Below are positions 1 through 11,715 of a DNA stretch of 64,000 nucleotides, piece by piece (the first letter of the stretch is position 1; each line of letters begins with the position of its first letter). Source of the DNA: Octopus vulgaris (taxonomy: Eukaryota); assembly GCA_951406725.2 (NCBI GenBank), contig OX597821.1, forward strand, positions 33,480,001 to 33,544,000. Direction: 5' to 3'. The notes beneath the pieces are model-generated. The model made no database searches, was not told where the DNA came from, and saw only the letters and a list, made by a program, of their open reading frames with translations. Made by a program: the position numbers and the translations under genes.

Positions 1-53
1 TATTAAAAACGGACGCATTAGATGATGTAAACCTGTAAGAAATAAAAAAAATA

Positions 54-229
54 GGCGTAACTTCGGTATAAGTGCCGGATACATTTCAAGAAAGTGTTGT
101 TTTTTTTTATATATATTGGGGTTAGGGTTAGGGATAGGGTTTGTGTTAGGGTTAGAGTGGGAGAAAAGAGTTTCTGTTATCTTCGGAAATGTAAACAAAG
201 TCACGTGTGTACTTATACCGAAGGATCAC
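54..229. mobile_element. MITE family A (short TIR element with internal TTAGGG-like repeats)
   Basis: Inverted repeats CTTCGGTATAAGT (61-73) / ACTTATACCGAAG (211-223); GGGTTAGGGTTAGGG inside; homologous copy at 4890-5061. Confidence 0.7.
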
Positions 230-324
230 TAAAATACTTTTATAAATTAATATCCACCGTTTGAACTTTTGTGACGAGTAAATAAAACGCATTATAGAAA
301 AGAAAGAAATATTTCATACTGCTT

Positions 325-545
325 AAGGCGGCGAGCTGGCAGAAACGTTAGCTTAGCGGTGTTTCGTCCGCCGTTACGTTCTGAGTTCAAATTCCGCCGA
401 GGTCGACTTTGTCTTTCATTCTTTCGGGGTCGATAAATTAAGTACCAGTTACGCATTGGAGACGAAGTAATCGACTTAATCCGTTTCTCTCTCCTTGTTT
501 GTCCCCTCTGTGTGTAGCCCCTTGTGGGTAGTAAAGAAATAGGTA
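325..545 (+). mobile_element. tRNA-derived SINE (AAGGCGGCGAGCTGGCAG family)
   Basis: Head AAGGCGGCGAGCTGGCAGAA, B-box-like GAGTTCAAATTCC, core GAGGTCGACTTTG.CTTTCAT.CTTTCGGGGTCGATAAATTAAGTACCAG; further copies near 13000, 61730, 62464, 63120. Confidence 0.85.
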
Positions 546-1469
546 TTTCGTCCATCCTTACGTTCGGAGGTCAAATTCCGCCTTTCATCCCTTTTGGGAT
601 TACTCTAATAATAAAAAGAATACATAATCCAAAAATATCTAAAACTATCTTAGGGTGGGATTTGAGAAAAACTTCGCTGTTATTTCTAGCAGGTCGAGCA
701 ATCAAAGTGGCGGGTTCATCACTGGAGAGACAGTAAGCATATCGATCATAATATAGCAAATTAATATTTAATCGTCTGTTTGTTTTTTTCTTTTTCGTCT
801 GTGTTCAGGTCCCAACTGTCCACTTTCGTGTATATTCAAATTAGATTAGTATCTACTATGCTTCCTTACTAGCATGACGGAGACGTAACCCCACTTCCCA
901 CATTTTTTTTACGGAAACTTGCGTTTTCGGTTGTGGAGGTTCCAATTCTGAAAAAAAATGGCTAAATTCCCATCTACAAAATTTCAATTTTTCAAAAAAA
1001 AAAAGAAGGAAAAAAACCAACCCCCACCTCTCGATTCTACGGCTTTCAAGCAAGCTATCCACATGCTAGAAATAACAGCCAAATCTCACACAAACTCTTT
1101 TTGACACATACATATATACTCTGCATCGAATGCCTTGCTGTATAAGTCTTTGCCTTTCCCTTGGACAACATTGGTGGCATGGAGAGGGTACGCTGGTATG
1201 CACAGGTGACTGCTGGTCTTCCATAAACAAATTTGCCCAGACTTGTGTCTTGGAGGGGAACTTACTAGGTGCAATCTCATGGTCATTCATGACCGAAGGG
1301 GATCTTTACCCTTTTCCCCTACAAAATATTAGTAACCACACAGGTCCTCTACAAAAACCTGCACTACCGCACCTCCTTCTCATAGATCATTCTCTTGTCC
1401 GCTGGCATGAAGCTGACCCCACCCCCACAGGACTTGTAGTTCTGCGATGTACATGGCAACCTCAATAGA

Positions 1470-1655
1470 CAGGTGGTATGAAAAAAAAAGCACCCAGTCC
1501 ATGTTGTAAAGTGGTTCATATTAGGAAGGGCATCTAGCCATAAATAGGAGACAAAACACAGACATTGGAGCACAGTGCAGTTCTTGGACACATCGGATCC
1601 TGTCAAACAGTCCAGCCCAGGCCAGCAAGGAACATGGATGTTTGATGGTGATGAT
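1470..1655 (+). repeat. SINE/LINE-tail repeat ending in (GAT)n
   Basis: AGGAAGGGCATC.AGC core and GAT-type tail shared with 9710-10040 (-) and 13640-13831 (+). Confidence 0.6.
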
Positions 1656-2019
1656 TTATATATTTTTTGTGAAAATGTTCCCGAATATAACAACACGACA
1701 ATCAAGGTAATAATGAACATAATTATAAGCATGCGTGTATGTATAGATAGTAAATTGATTACATATTTCTTTCATTATTTTGTCGCAGTTTTTTTTTTGG
1801 TTTTTTATTTTCACCCAACAAATTCCTACATGATGAAAAACTACACTACCTGAAGCATATATGAAGAAAATTTTAATTTCTCCCCTCGCCACTCCAATTT
1901 CTTCATTTTTACCTTTTCTTCGAATTTTTTAAAATCCACATAGAAATTCTACGTGGATTTAAAAAAAAATTGAAAACAGTTTAGTCGAGCAAATCGACCC
2001 CAGAACTTACTTTTTGTAA

Positions 2020-2295
2020 ACCAAGTACTTATTCTATCGGTCTCTTTATCCGAACCGCTAAGATGCGGGGACGTAAACACACCAGCATCGGTTGTCAAGC
2101 GATGTTGGGGGTGGGGACAAACACAGACACACATATACGACGGGCTTCTTCCAGTTTCCGTCCACCAAATCCACTTACAAGGCCTTGGTCAGCCCGAGGC
2201 TATAGTAGAAGACACTTGCCCAAGGTGCTACGCAATGGGACTGAACCCGGCTCCATGTGGTTGGTAAGCAAGCTACTTACCACACAGCCACTCCT
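2020..2295 (-). mobile_element. tRNA-derived CORE-like SINE (GGAGTGGCTGTGTGGTAAG family)
   Basis: Minus strand reads GGAGTGGCTGTGTGGTAAGTAGCTTGC...GGGTTCAGTCCC...CACCTTGGGCAAGTGTCTT; related copies at 14113, 56155, 59040, 60785. Confidence 0.85.
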
Positions 2296-2987
2296 TTTTG
2301 GAAAGTTTCCCTTTATTTTAATAACATAATTTTCTGTTAATATATGATTTTCTCTTACACAAACACGCATCGATTTTTGATTTCGAAATATTTAAAAAAA
2401 TTGGAAATTATAAAGAGAAACAAATGGCAGAATCGGACTGTCCATATTTTAAAACCAAATACTTTTTTAAAAATCGAACAATAATGAAAAATTTGGGAAT
2501 TAGGTGGGATAATATTGAAAAAAAAAAATGTGTTGGACAATCGTATTAATTCCATTATACAGGAGACAGAATCTAAGAAATAATGAAAATTCTCAAGAAT
2601 AAAAATGTTATGAGGAGTTTTAGTTAAGTGCTTCGATCAGAACTCTGCCGACCTGTTTTTTATATTGTAATTCGTGTTTGCTGTGAGCGTAAACCTGATC
2701 TTCAATATAGAGTTAAAAGGAAGTTTTTTTCAGAAATGGTCGTTTAGCTGTTGTTTCTAGCATGTCGGGGGCAACATTTGCGTCCTCACCCTTACTTTTT
2801 TTTCAGAATTTCTTCGGATTCCTCTGTTTTCGATATAGAAGATTAGGATTTTGCAGTAGAAACTCATTTTTCAAAATTTTAATTTCCCCCTCCTCACCCC
2901 AATTTTAAAGTTTTTAACTACTTTCGAAAAAAAAAAAAAAAAATTTTAAGAAACACTTAAATCCCATCCCCCAACCTCCACTTCCTC

Positions 2988-3249
2988 GGTACTATTTAAG
3001 AAGGGTGGTGGTCACTCGCGCTAGCTAGTCGTGACTAGTCGATCCTTTGTTTTTTATGTTTTATTTACTTTGTTTTAAAAAAAATTATTGATCGCCAAAA
3101 AAATATTTACTTTGTGTAAAAAAATATTTATTTTGTGTTTTATTTACTTTGCTAGGTAGTCATTTTAGGATCGACTAGTCACGACTAGCTAGCGCGGATG
3201 CGCGACCACGCAAGTGCGCGCACTGGGACCACTCTTCTTAAATAGTACC
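2988..3249. mobile_element. MITE with nested inverted repeats
   Basis: TIR GGTACTATTTAAGAAG / CTTCTTAAATAGTACC; inner perfect 30-bp IR 3017-3046 / 3167-3196; no clear TSD. Confidence 0.75.
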
Positions 3250-3649
3250 GGAATTTAAAATTTCGAAAATGTGAATTTTGGGCAAAATCGTATTCTATAT
3301 CGAAAACAGAAATCCTAAGAGATTTTTGAAAAAAAATAATAATAAAATGTTGAAATGGGTGGTGTGTACACGCTTTGCCTTCACCGTACTTTCTTCTATT
3401 GTCCTATTTAAACATGTTTACAATATTTCTAAATTTCAGCCAATTACAAAGTTTACAAAAAGAAGGAAGAGCAGAGTGAAGATATTTTACTTTTCATATT
3501 TCAGCTTTTGCTTCGTACAAAACATTCAGTGAAATACTGACGCAACACGTCCAACGCACAGAAGACTTAACTTACGAACAGCTAAAAAGAATTTTGGCGC
3601 GTAATTTTAGCTATCGACCTGATGGAGTCAGTGAAAAAGTTCTTATTCT

Positions 3650-3687
3650 CCCGCGAAAAAGATATCACGTGATATCTTTTTCGCGGG
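3650..3687. promoter_or_regulatory. Perfect 38-bp palindrome centred on an E-box (CACGTG)
   Basis: CCCGCGAAAAAGATATCAC|GTGATATCTTTTTCGCGGG; second CACGTG near 3714 and GC-box-like GGCGGGGG near 3725; about 0.9 kb upstream of the ATG at 4611. The regulatory role is inferred. Confidence 0.45.
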
Positions 3688-4610
3688 GTTTAAGTTTCTA
3701 CAACTATTTTGTTCACGTGTATTAGGCGGGGGGAGGGGATGTTGTATTCGTTTTCCCTGTCATTGACAGCATGGTTACCTTTCGACATTCAACATGCTGC
3801 TCCGGTTATACATGAATTGCACAATGAAGATTCGGGATTTTTTCTTATTCAGTTTAAATAATCTTTGTACGGACAATTCGCACTGCTCAATAATATAAAA
3901 CGAAGATAAATTATTTGGCAATCTTACGGACCGTAACATCGCCAATATTTTATTTATTCTACAGGAACCGTCCACCCTTACCAACCACTTCCTATTCGTT
4001 TCTATAAACATTTTTTTGTTTTTTGTAACACTGATGATTTGAAACGAAAACATGATACTAAAAGGAATATCGCTTTAAAAGTATTAATTTCACTGTGAAC
4101 ATTTCTATACATTTGAAATAATAACGAGGCCAAATCAATGGACATGCATTAATTCACGCACGGACAATTTTTTATACTATACTCGTGATTGTTTTTGCCT
4201 GCTATGTTTACTGCAAAGAAAACTATCTGGACAACATAAGCTGTTTATGTTCATAAATATATTTACGAATTCACCACTGATTGCCCTTGCTGGAGTTTGT
4301 TTACCTGCCATATTCAAGTAGTAACAAAAAAAAAAAAAAAATTACTGAGTAGGTTGCATGGGCAAAGTTATTTCCGTGAAATAGCGAAACGGTTGGTGCG
4401 CATATGAAACCCATACAAAGCAGTCGAGGAAATGAAAAAACTTAAACACACTTGCTTAGATATAAAGAACAGTTGCTACATTATATAGATTTTATTGCAA
4501 GTTATTTATTTGAAATTTTTTCGATTGTAGACTTGGTGAATACATCAGAAAAAAAAACCTCTACATTTTGTTTCGCTGTACATTTTGTGATATAGTTACC
4601 ACCGACAACC

Positions 4611-4818
4611 ATGTTAGCTGACCCTGTGGAGACTGTCGGACATTTGAGTTTCACCACTCGACCAAAGCGTCTTAGAATTTGTGGTGATGGTAGTACCTAC
4701 AATCATCGACATAACGATGTTAGCGGATCTGGTTGTAAAACCTTAGAATTACAGGGTGTTATTGATCTTCTCAAACAATACGATGACTACGAAGGTGGCG
4801 TCAACTGCAGTATTTGCG
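4611..4818 (+). CDS. C2H2 zinc-finger protein, coding exon 1 (MLADPVETV...GGVNCSIC-G)
   Basis: ACC-ATG start context; open frame ending in CxxC; canonical GTAAGT donor at 4819 in phase 1, matching the acceptor at 16263. Confidence 0.8.
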
Positions 4819-4889
4819 GTAAGTCAGTTTATTTTAGCTTATCGTTCACATACACTTGCATATTTGCTGTAATTTCTTTTCATAAATAT

Positions 4890-5061
4890 GGGTGTAACTT
4901 CGGTATAGGTACCGGAAGTACCGGATACATTTCAAGAAAGTGTTTTTTTTTTTAATATATATATATATGGGGCTTAAGGTTAGGAGTGGGAGAAAAGGGT
5001 TTCTGTTATCTTCAGAAAGGTAAACAACGCCACTTACGGTACCTATACCGAAGGATCGCCC
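4890..5061. mobile_element. MITE family A, second copy (intronic)
   Basis: TIR GGGTGTAACTTCGGTATAGGTACCG / CGGTACCTATACCGAAGGATCGCCC; internal homology to 54-229. Confidence 0.75.
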
Positions 5062-5087
5062 GTGGCAATCTTACGGTTCTAGTATAT

Positions 5088-6238
5088 CGCATTTTCAAAA
5101 TTTCAATTTCTCCCTCGGAATTTTTTTTCTTTCCGGAAATACGTAGAAAAATAAGATAGTGATTCTGAAAAAAATTGGTTTGTAAAATTTCAGTTTTCCA
5201 AAACACATACACACACAGTGGAGGCGCAATGACCCAGTGGTTAGGGCAGCGGACTCGCAGTCATAGGATCGCGGTTTCGATTCCCAGACCGGGCGTTGAG
5301 AGTGTTTATTGAGCAAAAACACCTAAAGCTCCAGGGGATGGTGGTGATCCCTGTTGTACTCTTTCACCACAACTTTCTCTCACTCTTACTTCCTGTTTGT
5401 TGTACCTGTATTTCAAAGGGCCGGCCTTGTCACTCTCTGTGTCACGCTGAATATCCCCAAGGTTACACGTGTCTGTGGAGTGCTCAGCCACTTACACGTT
5501 AATTTCACGAGCAGGCTGTTCCGTTGATTCGGATCAACCGGAACCCTCGTCGTCGTAACCGACGGAGTGCTTCCATCCCATATACACACACACGCCTTCA
5601 AGCAGGCTATCCACATGCTAGAAATAACAGCCAAATCTCACAAACCTGCGATAACAATGTAATCAAACTACTCTCCTTTCTGCAAAGATTTCTTTCGGAG
5701 TAATTGCCAAAATTAAAGTTTTTTTTTTTTTCTCCTTAACTTTCGAAACAACCGTTCATTTTTCACATTTAGACGGCGGGATGGCTGGGGAATTTTAGGT
5801 CGGAATTTTTCATAAAAAATTAAATTAAAATTTGAATTTGTTTATTTATTTTCCATATTCTAAATCTCCGTATTTTCCCACATAGATTGATGGGGGAAAA
5901 TTTCGAAAAAAAGTTTAAAAGAAAAAAAACTTTAATTTCACATGAATTACTTATTTATATTAGTGCGGCGGGAAATTACTCTGAAAGAAATCTTTGCAGA
6001 AAGGTGAGTAGATTGATTACATTGTTATCGCAGGTTTGTGGGGTTTGGCTGTTATTTCTAGCATGTGGATAGCCTGCTTGAAGGCCTGGGGCTATATATA
6101 TGTTTATATATATTGAAATTTTACAAACCTTTTTTTTTTTTCAGAGTCGTAATCTTATTTTTCTATGTATTTCGCAAAAAAATTAATAAATTCCGGGAAG
6201 GGTGGGGAGTGGGGGTAATTGAAATTTTGAAAACGCGA
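5088..6238. repeat. Large foldback (inverted repeat) with a SINE inserted in the left arm
   Basis: 5594-5705 is the near-perfect reverse complement of 5974-6085; 5088-5200 pairs more loosely with 6110-6238. Confidence 0.8.
5218..5578 (+). mobile_element. tRNA-derived SINE
   Basis: tRNA-like head GGAGGCGCAATGACCCAGTGGTTAGGGCAGCGGACTCGC...GGTTTCGATTCC; flanked by CATACACACACA-like repeats (probable TSD). Confidence 0.8.
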
Positions 6239-7149
6239 TTTTTTTGAAAAAATACTTTTCGGAATCGGATCCTCCCATAACTAAAAAACGAGGGATTCCT
6301 GGAAAAAAAATTCAGGCACTGTCATGCTTTTAGTTGTCAGAAGTGAAAGTATATAGCCATTTTACCGGAAGTTATGACGGAAAAATTAGATCTTGTGAAT
6401 TTTCCGAAAGTCCCTCCCCACCCCCAGGATCGTCAGCGTACATTTTTTTCATATTCGTTTTCCACACACTACGTAACCCCCACCCCCTTAGCTGATTTTT
6501 TTTTTGTTCCCGGGTGAAGGTCTTTATATTGACCAAACAAAATTAGATTTGACTGTTATTTCTAGCATGTGCATAGACTGCTTGAAGGCTGCTTACCATC
6601 ACACACACACACCACTTGCAAAGTTTCACTTTTACCGTCGCAGTTAACGCATGAGCAATGGCGAAAAGGGTTTCAAAACTTCCTGTTTATGCCGTAGATT
6701 GCGAGGGGAGGTTTTTTTTTTTTTTTTTTTTTTTCTTTGGAATTTTTTCAGAATCACAGTATGGGGGTGGTTTCAAAATGCCGATTCACCCCCCCCCCCC
6801 CATCACCCTCTTTTTAATTTTTTCTCTACACAAACCTCTGTTTTCGATTACGGAGAATACGAATCTGCAAAAAAATTGGCAAAAGTCGGTATTTTGAAAT
6901 TCCCCCCTCACACTACTGAGTGAAAAATGAAGAAATTGGGGGTGGGATATTTCAAAATACCGATTTTTGGAAATAAAAAAAAATTTTTAAAGCAATAATT
7001 GCGAGAAAATGTGTGTGTGGGGGGGGGGCTACACCATTCCTCTCCCCTGCAGTATGCGTCATAAACACGGAGTTTTATGGGAACATTTTTTTCTGACGGG
7101 TGGGAAGAGGACTTTCGAAGAGAAAGAAATTCATAAATTATTTTTTTTT

Positions 7150-8420
7150 GTTTGAACTCAACCACAAACTGTTCAGATGGAAACAGTCTATCTCCAACAT
7201 CTTAAGGAAGGAATCGAAAATAACTCCAAACTTAACCAAGGCACAATATAAAACACTGACCAAACTAAAAAGCAAAAATCTTGTATACTTACCATCAGAT
7301 AGATATAGGAAAAGAAATATGCGTGATTTCTTGTGAACTATATGATAGACTAGCACTAGAATATTTAAGCAATGACAGGCTATATTCTGAAGTGACAGAT
7401 ATAAGTGCGACCAGCATTGAGGAGCGAATTAACACCGTATGGACGGACATCTGTAGACGGAGGCAAATACATAATAAATTTAAGAACAACTTCATCACCA
7501 AGAACAGTAGAATACCCAGATTTTATCACCTCATTAAAACACATAAGAATAGCGACACGATCCAGATTAGACCCATCGTCTTCAGCGTGGAAGGACCTCT
7601 ATTTAAAATATCCTGGTTACTTTCTCACATCCTGAAACCCATACTCTCCACCTTTCCTGGACACGTCAAGACTCCGAAGTCATCAAAAGACTGCACCAGG
7701 AGCCCCTACACTAACTCAGGCAAAACAGATATGCCCTTAGTCTTGACGTTGTCTCATTGTACACAACGGTGCCAGCACACTCAGCGGTCAACCTATTGAC
7801 TGACTGCATAATATCGTCCAACATCCAATGCTTCAAACTTACCGCAGCTGATATACTTAAACTTTTGTCCATCGTGGACAACACCTACTTCTATTTCCAG
7901 GACCACATACACAGACAACAGGTTTCCCTATGGGATCCAGTCTGTCGGGCCTACTAGCCATCACTTATATGAACCATCTGGAACGTCGAGCACTTAACAT
8001 CTGCCGCTCATGCGCCTTTTTCACCAGATACGTAGATGACATCCCCATACTCACATCCTCCCGTGAAGAGACTGATAGAATATTACGACGTTCAATAGCA
8101 TGGACATGAACATGAAGTTCACTACAGAACATCCCGACATCACTGGATAACTATCAATACTTGACTTCAAACTAAATATAACGAAAGAAGGGGAGATCCA
8201 CACCGAGTTCTACAGGAAAGCAGCCAGTAGAGATATGTTTGTCCAGTACAATTCAGCACTTCCACTCGGTGCCAAAATAGGACACGCTAGAAATGTATCC
8301 AGGGTAAGTGCAGCAGAACGGAGGACAAGGTAACCCACACTACATGCTTCCTAGATATATTGAAAACCAACAGGTATCCTAGATCCATTGTAAGTCGGAT
8401 TATGTGCCCAGGACAACCAA
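7150..8420 (+). mobile_element. Degenerate Penelope-like retroelement RT fragment
   Basis: PRFYHLIKTHK..IRPIV, DVVSLYT, MGS, RYVDD motifs spread across frameshifted frames. Confidence 0.8.
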
Positions 8421-9709
8421 CATGCCGAACCATAAGAATAAACTTTGCCAAAATATTTCATGACATAGTTGAAAAATGGAGAGTGTCTAGTGGCATTGTC
8501 TGAGATGGTACCACTTATTGCTCTGGCATGGAACTAGCATCAATCACTGTCCGGTGTGTTTCTGAAGACATAAATGCTCATGAGGATTTTCTTGGTTTTT
8601 ATAATTCTCCTGACTTACAGGATAGCTTCTTCACCAAGGATCAAAACACTGCAATGCCAAAAGAAGTGTGTAGAGGATCTTTTCTGTTTGATTTTCACTT
8701 TACAATTCCTTCAATTTTGTCCCAATTGATTTCAAAAACGTGTACTGTCCACATGAACTAAATCAACAATATGTTAATCCAACATTTCACAAAACTTTAT
8801 TCATTAAAACTCCCATTGTTGAATGTTTTGTTGTCATAATGTCATCATGTACAAAATGCCAGCTTCCAAATCCTGTTTTCTGATTGTGTGAGAATGATCA
8901 AACTTTAAACCTCTGTAACATTTTTCTAAAGTTTTTCTGGAACGAGTGAATAACATCAGATTCAGCGTGGAAAATTACACCAATATATAAAATATGAAAA
9001 ATTTCAGAAAGTGAAGCCAAGCAGAAAAGATCCTAATATTTAAAAATGAACTTCATTTGGTCACATTCCATGAGAATATATTGGTCAGCTTATTAACTTT
9101 TCAGCCGACCCTCATGATAAAAAGTTATTATTGAATCTCTGTTTGTTTTGGTATTGAGATTGGAAAAATCCTCCTTGTTTGTAAAAATGTTGTTCCCGGG
9201 CCACTGTGTGTATATGAATTGAACATGTGTGAGAGAGAGTGTGAAGGTGTGTAATGTTATGTATGTGTAAGTGGCACTCTCTCACAAACATTTTTTCATA
9301 TACACGCACATACATATATACATATGCATACATCCTTTTTGTATGTATGTATTTGGTTGGCATTTTTTGGGGGTTTTTTTTTTCTGCATGTATGTTCTAA
9401 GTGGCTGGGGTTCATTCTTACCTGCTTCCTTTGTTTCTGTAAAATCCAAGTTAGAATGCATGTGTGAGTGAGTGAAGATATGTGTTCTGATTTTTTTTTT
9501 GTTTTGTTTTATTTACATGTATGTCTAAGTGGCTAAGGTTCGTTCTTGCTTCATTTGTTTCTCTAATATCCAGCTTAACATGCTCTTCTATATTTTAGAA
9601 CTGTTGAAGTAAATTTCTGTGAAAATGTTTTGTGTGCTGTAATTTTTCGGGGGTGGGATTCAGAATCTCAGTTTAATGATTGCCAGTTCAAAAGGTACTA
9701 CTAATGAAT

Positions 9710-10040
9710 TCATCATCATCATCGTTTAACATTCGCTTTCCATGCTAGCATGAGTTGGACGATTTGACTGAGGACTGGCGAACCAGATGGCTGCACCAGG
9801 CTCCAATCTGATCTGGCACAGTTTCTACAGCTGGATGCCCTTCTTAACGCCAACCACTCCGAGTGGGTGCTTTTACGTGCCACCAGCCCCAGAGCCAGTC
9901 AGGCGGTACTGGCAACGGCCACGCCCAAATGTTTTTTTTATGTGCCACCTGCACACCGGCACAAGTGCCAGTAAGGTGACGTTGGTAACAAACTGACTCA
10001 AATGGTGCTTTTTATGTGCCACTGCCAGTTAGCCGCTCAG
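9710..10040 (-). repeat. (GAT)n-tailed SINE-like repeat
   Basis: CATCATCATCGTTTAAC..CGCTTTCCATGCTAGCATG; inverted homolog of 13640-13831. Confidence 0.75.
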
Positions 10041-10069
10041 GCAGAACCGTTAAACAAAATCTCAAATGG

Positions 10070-11560
10070 TCATAGTCCTTTGGTGGCTTTTTACATATAC
10101 AATATATGAATTTACTATAGTTAAATTAACTAAAAACAACAAAATGTGCCTCCACCATGTCTTCCCAAGTCAACCAACTGGGTAATATGCTCGATGTTGG
10201 TTGGATTTATCAACCCCACTCATATATTTGTTATAACAAATATTCACTAGTGGTTTCATCTCAGCGCCAACACCAGGTTGTTCATTAGAAGACAGAAATA
10301 AAATCTGTCTTTTGTCTTTGAAAGCAGTAACTAAAATATTTTCTTTTTGCATTTGTAAAATGTCCCCTCTTTTTTTTTTTAGTTTTGTTTTAATTTCACG
10401 GGGGTAAACCTTTACAGTTTCCCATAACAGTACTGTACGTCTAAGTACTTACATGGGCAAGATTTTCTGCCAAAGCCACTGAAGAATAAAAAAAAACGAT
10501 CAAAATAGAGGTGTTGGTGCTGATGGTTCAGTAAGAGACCATACTACATCATGTCCCAATCTACGTGGTCCGTTTCCATTATATTTTTTTACCTGTGTAA
10601 ACATCAAAGTTTACACAATATCCAGTCTCTGATTCATAAACTTTCCATACCTTGATCTCCCATTCAGTAGGTTTAGCAGGCATGTACTGCCGAAAATGTA
10701 CTCTGCCCTTATAGCCCATCATGGCTTCATCTACACTGAGATTTTTCCCAGGTAGATACACAGCTTTATAATTATTAACAAGTAAATCAATTACAGGGCG
10801 TACTTTGTACAGGGGATCGTAGTCTGGGTCGTTTTTGCTTGGGGTCATTGGCAGAATCAGTTAAATGCAAATACTGAGTTATTTTCGATTACCTTGTCTT
10901 CGGCATTATACTTGAGATATATGGATTGCCATACCTTATATCAGGACTCCAGTAGTTCCAGTCGAGGAAGCTGTTTAACACCAAACATAATATTGATTGT
11001 AAAAAAAACGCTCTCATTTCCGCAGTATAAGTTGGCTGCCATAGTGGATCGTTTCTTCCGTGAATAGAAATTAAACGTTGCACATATTTGTTTCTTTCCT
11101 CTGCAACATTTTCAAAAAAAACTTTCTGGTAAAAATTAAAATAGTCCAGTGGTTGAGCATCAGGAGGTAAATTGTGTTGTGGACCAGTGTTTTCTGTGAA
11201 ATCAGGAATAGTGATTGGGCATTGTAATCTTGAACCATGTTGCCATGTTTATGATATCACTTTCGTTTCCAAAATCTTCCTCATCTGATGAATATTCACT
11301 AATATCGATATCAGATTTGTCCGAAGACAAAATACTCTTGTTTTCATTTATATTTTCTATATCGTCAAGAGTAAAACCTTCAAAGTCGGAATCGCTACTT
11401 GCTGATGCCATTTCTTTAACAACTAAGGTACACACTTCTCTTCAGACATTGAAAATAAAAAGTAAATTAGCATTTAGAATTTGCAAATTTTGGGTAATTT
11501 TATCCAGTCGAAAGCCACAGGTATATAGATACCTGTTTCCGTAGTAACAAGCCATGCTAT
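10070..11560 (-). mobile_element. Degenerate piggyBac (PGBD4-like) transposase
   Basis: Acidic N-terminus SDSDFEGF; DPLYKVRP..LSVDEAMMGYKGR..FRQYMPAKP; YNKYMSGVDKSNQ; many frameshifts. Confidence 0.9.
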
Positions 11561-11715
11561 TACCATGCTACCGAGCCATGTGGGTTATTTTCATGTGTGT
11601 AACACAAATTTGCAATGATTTTTTGAAAAGTCCAAAAAATATAAAAATTATGTGATCGGAATTATTGTAACGTGCATGGAATAAATAAATATAAAATTAC
11701 ATATTTCCATTAATT

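Noticed and set aside
117-160. Telomere or chromosome end
   Set aside because: Only a few TTAGGG units, and they lie inside a TIR element
780-850. Strong + strand acceptor (polypyrimidine tract, CAG) followed by a short frame ending in TAG
   Set aside because: Could be a terminal exon of an upstream gene, but there is no partner exon or homology evidence in the window
3775-4053. Minus-strand ORF ending MLNVER at a GTAACC donor-like site (divergent gene?)
   Set aside because: No recognisable protein and no downstream exon identified
5218-5295. tRNA gene
   Set aside because: The tRNA-like head continues into a SINE body, with no proper acceptor stem or terminator
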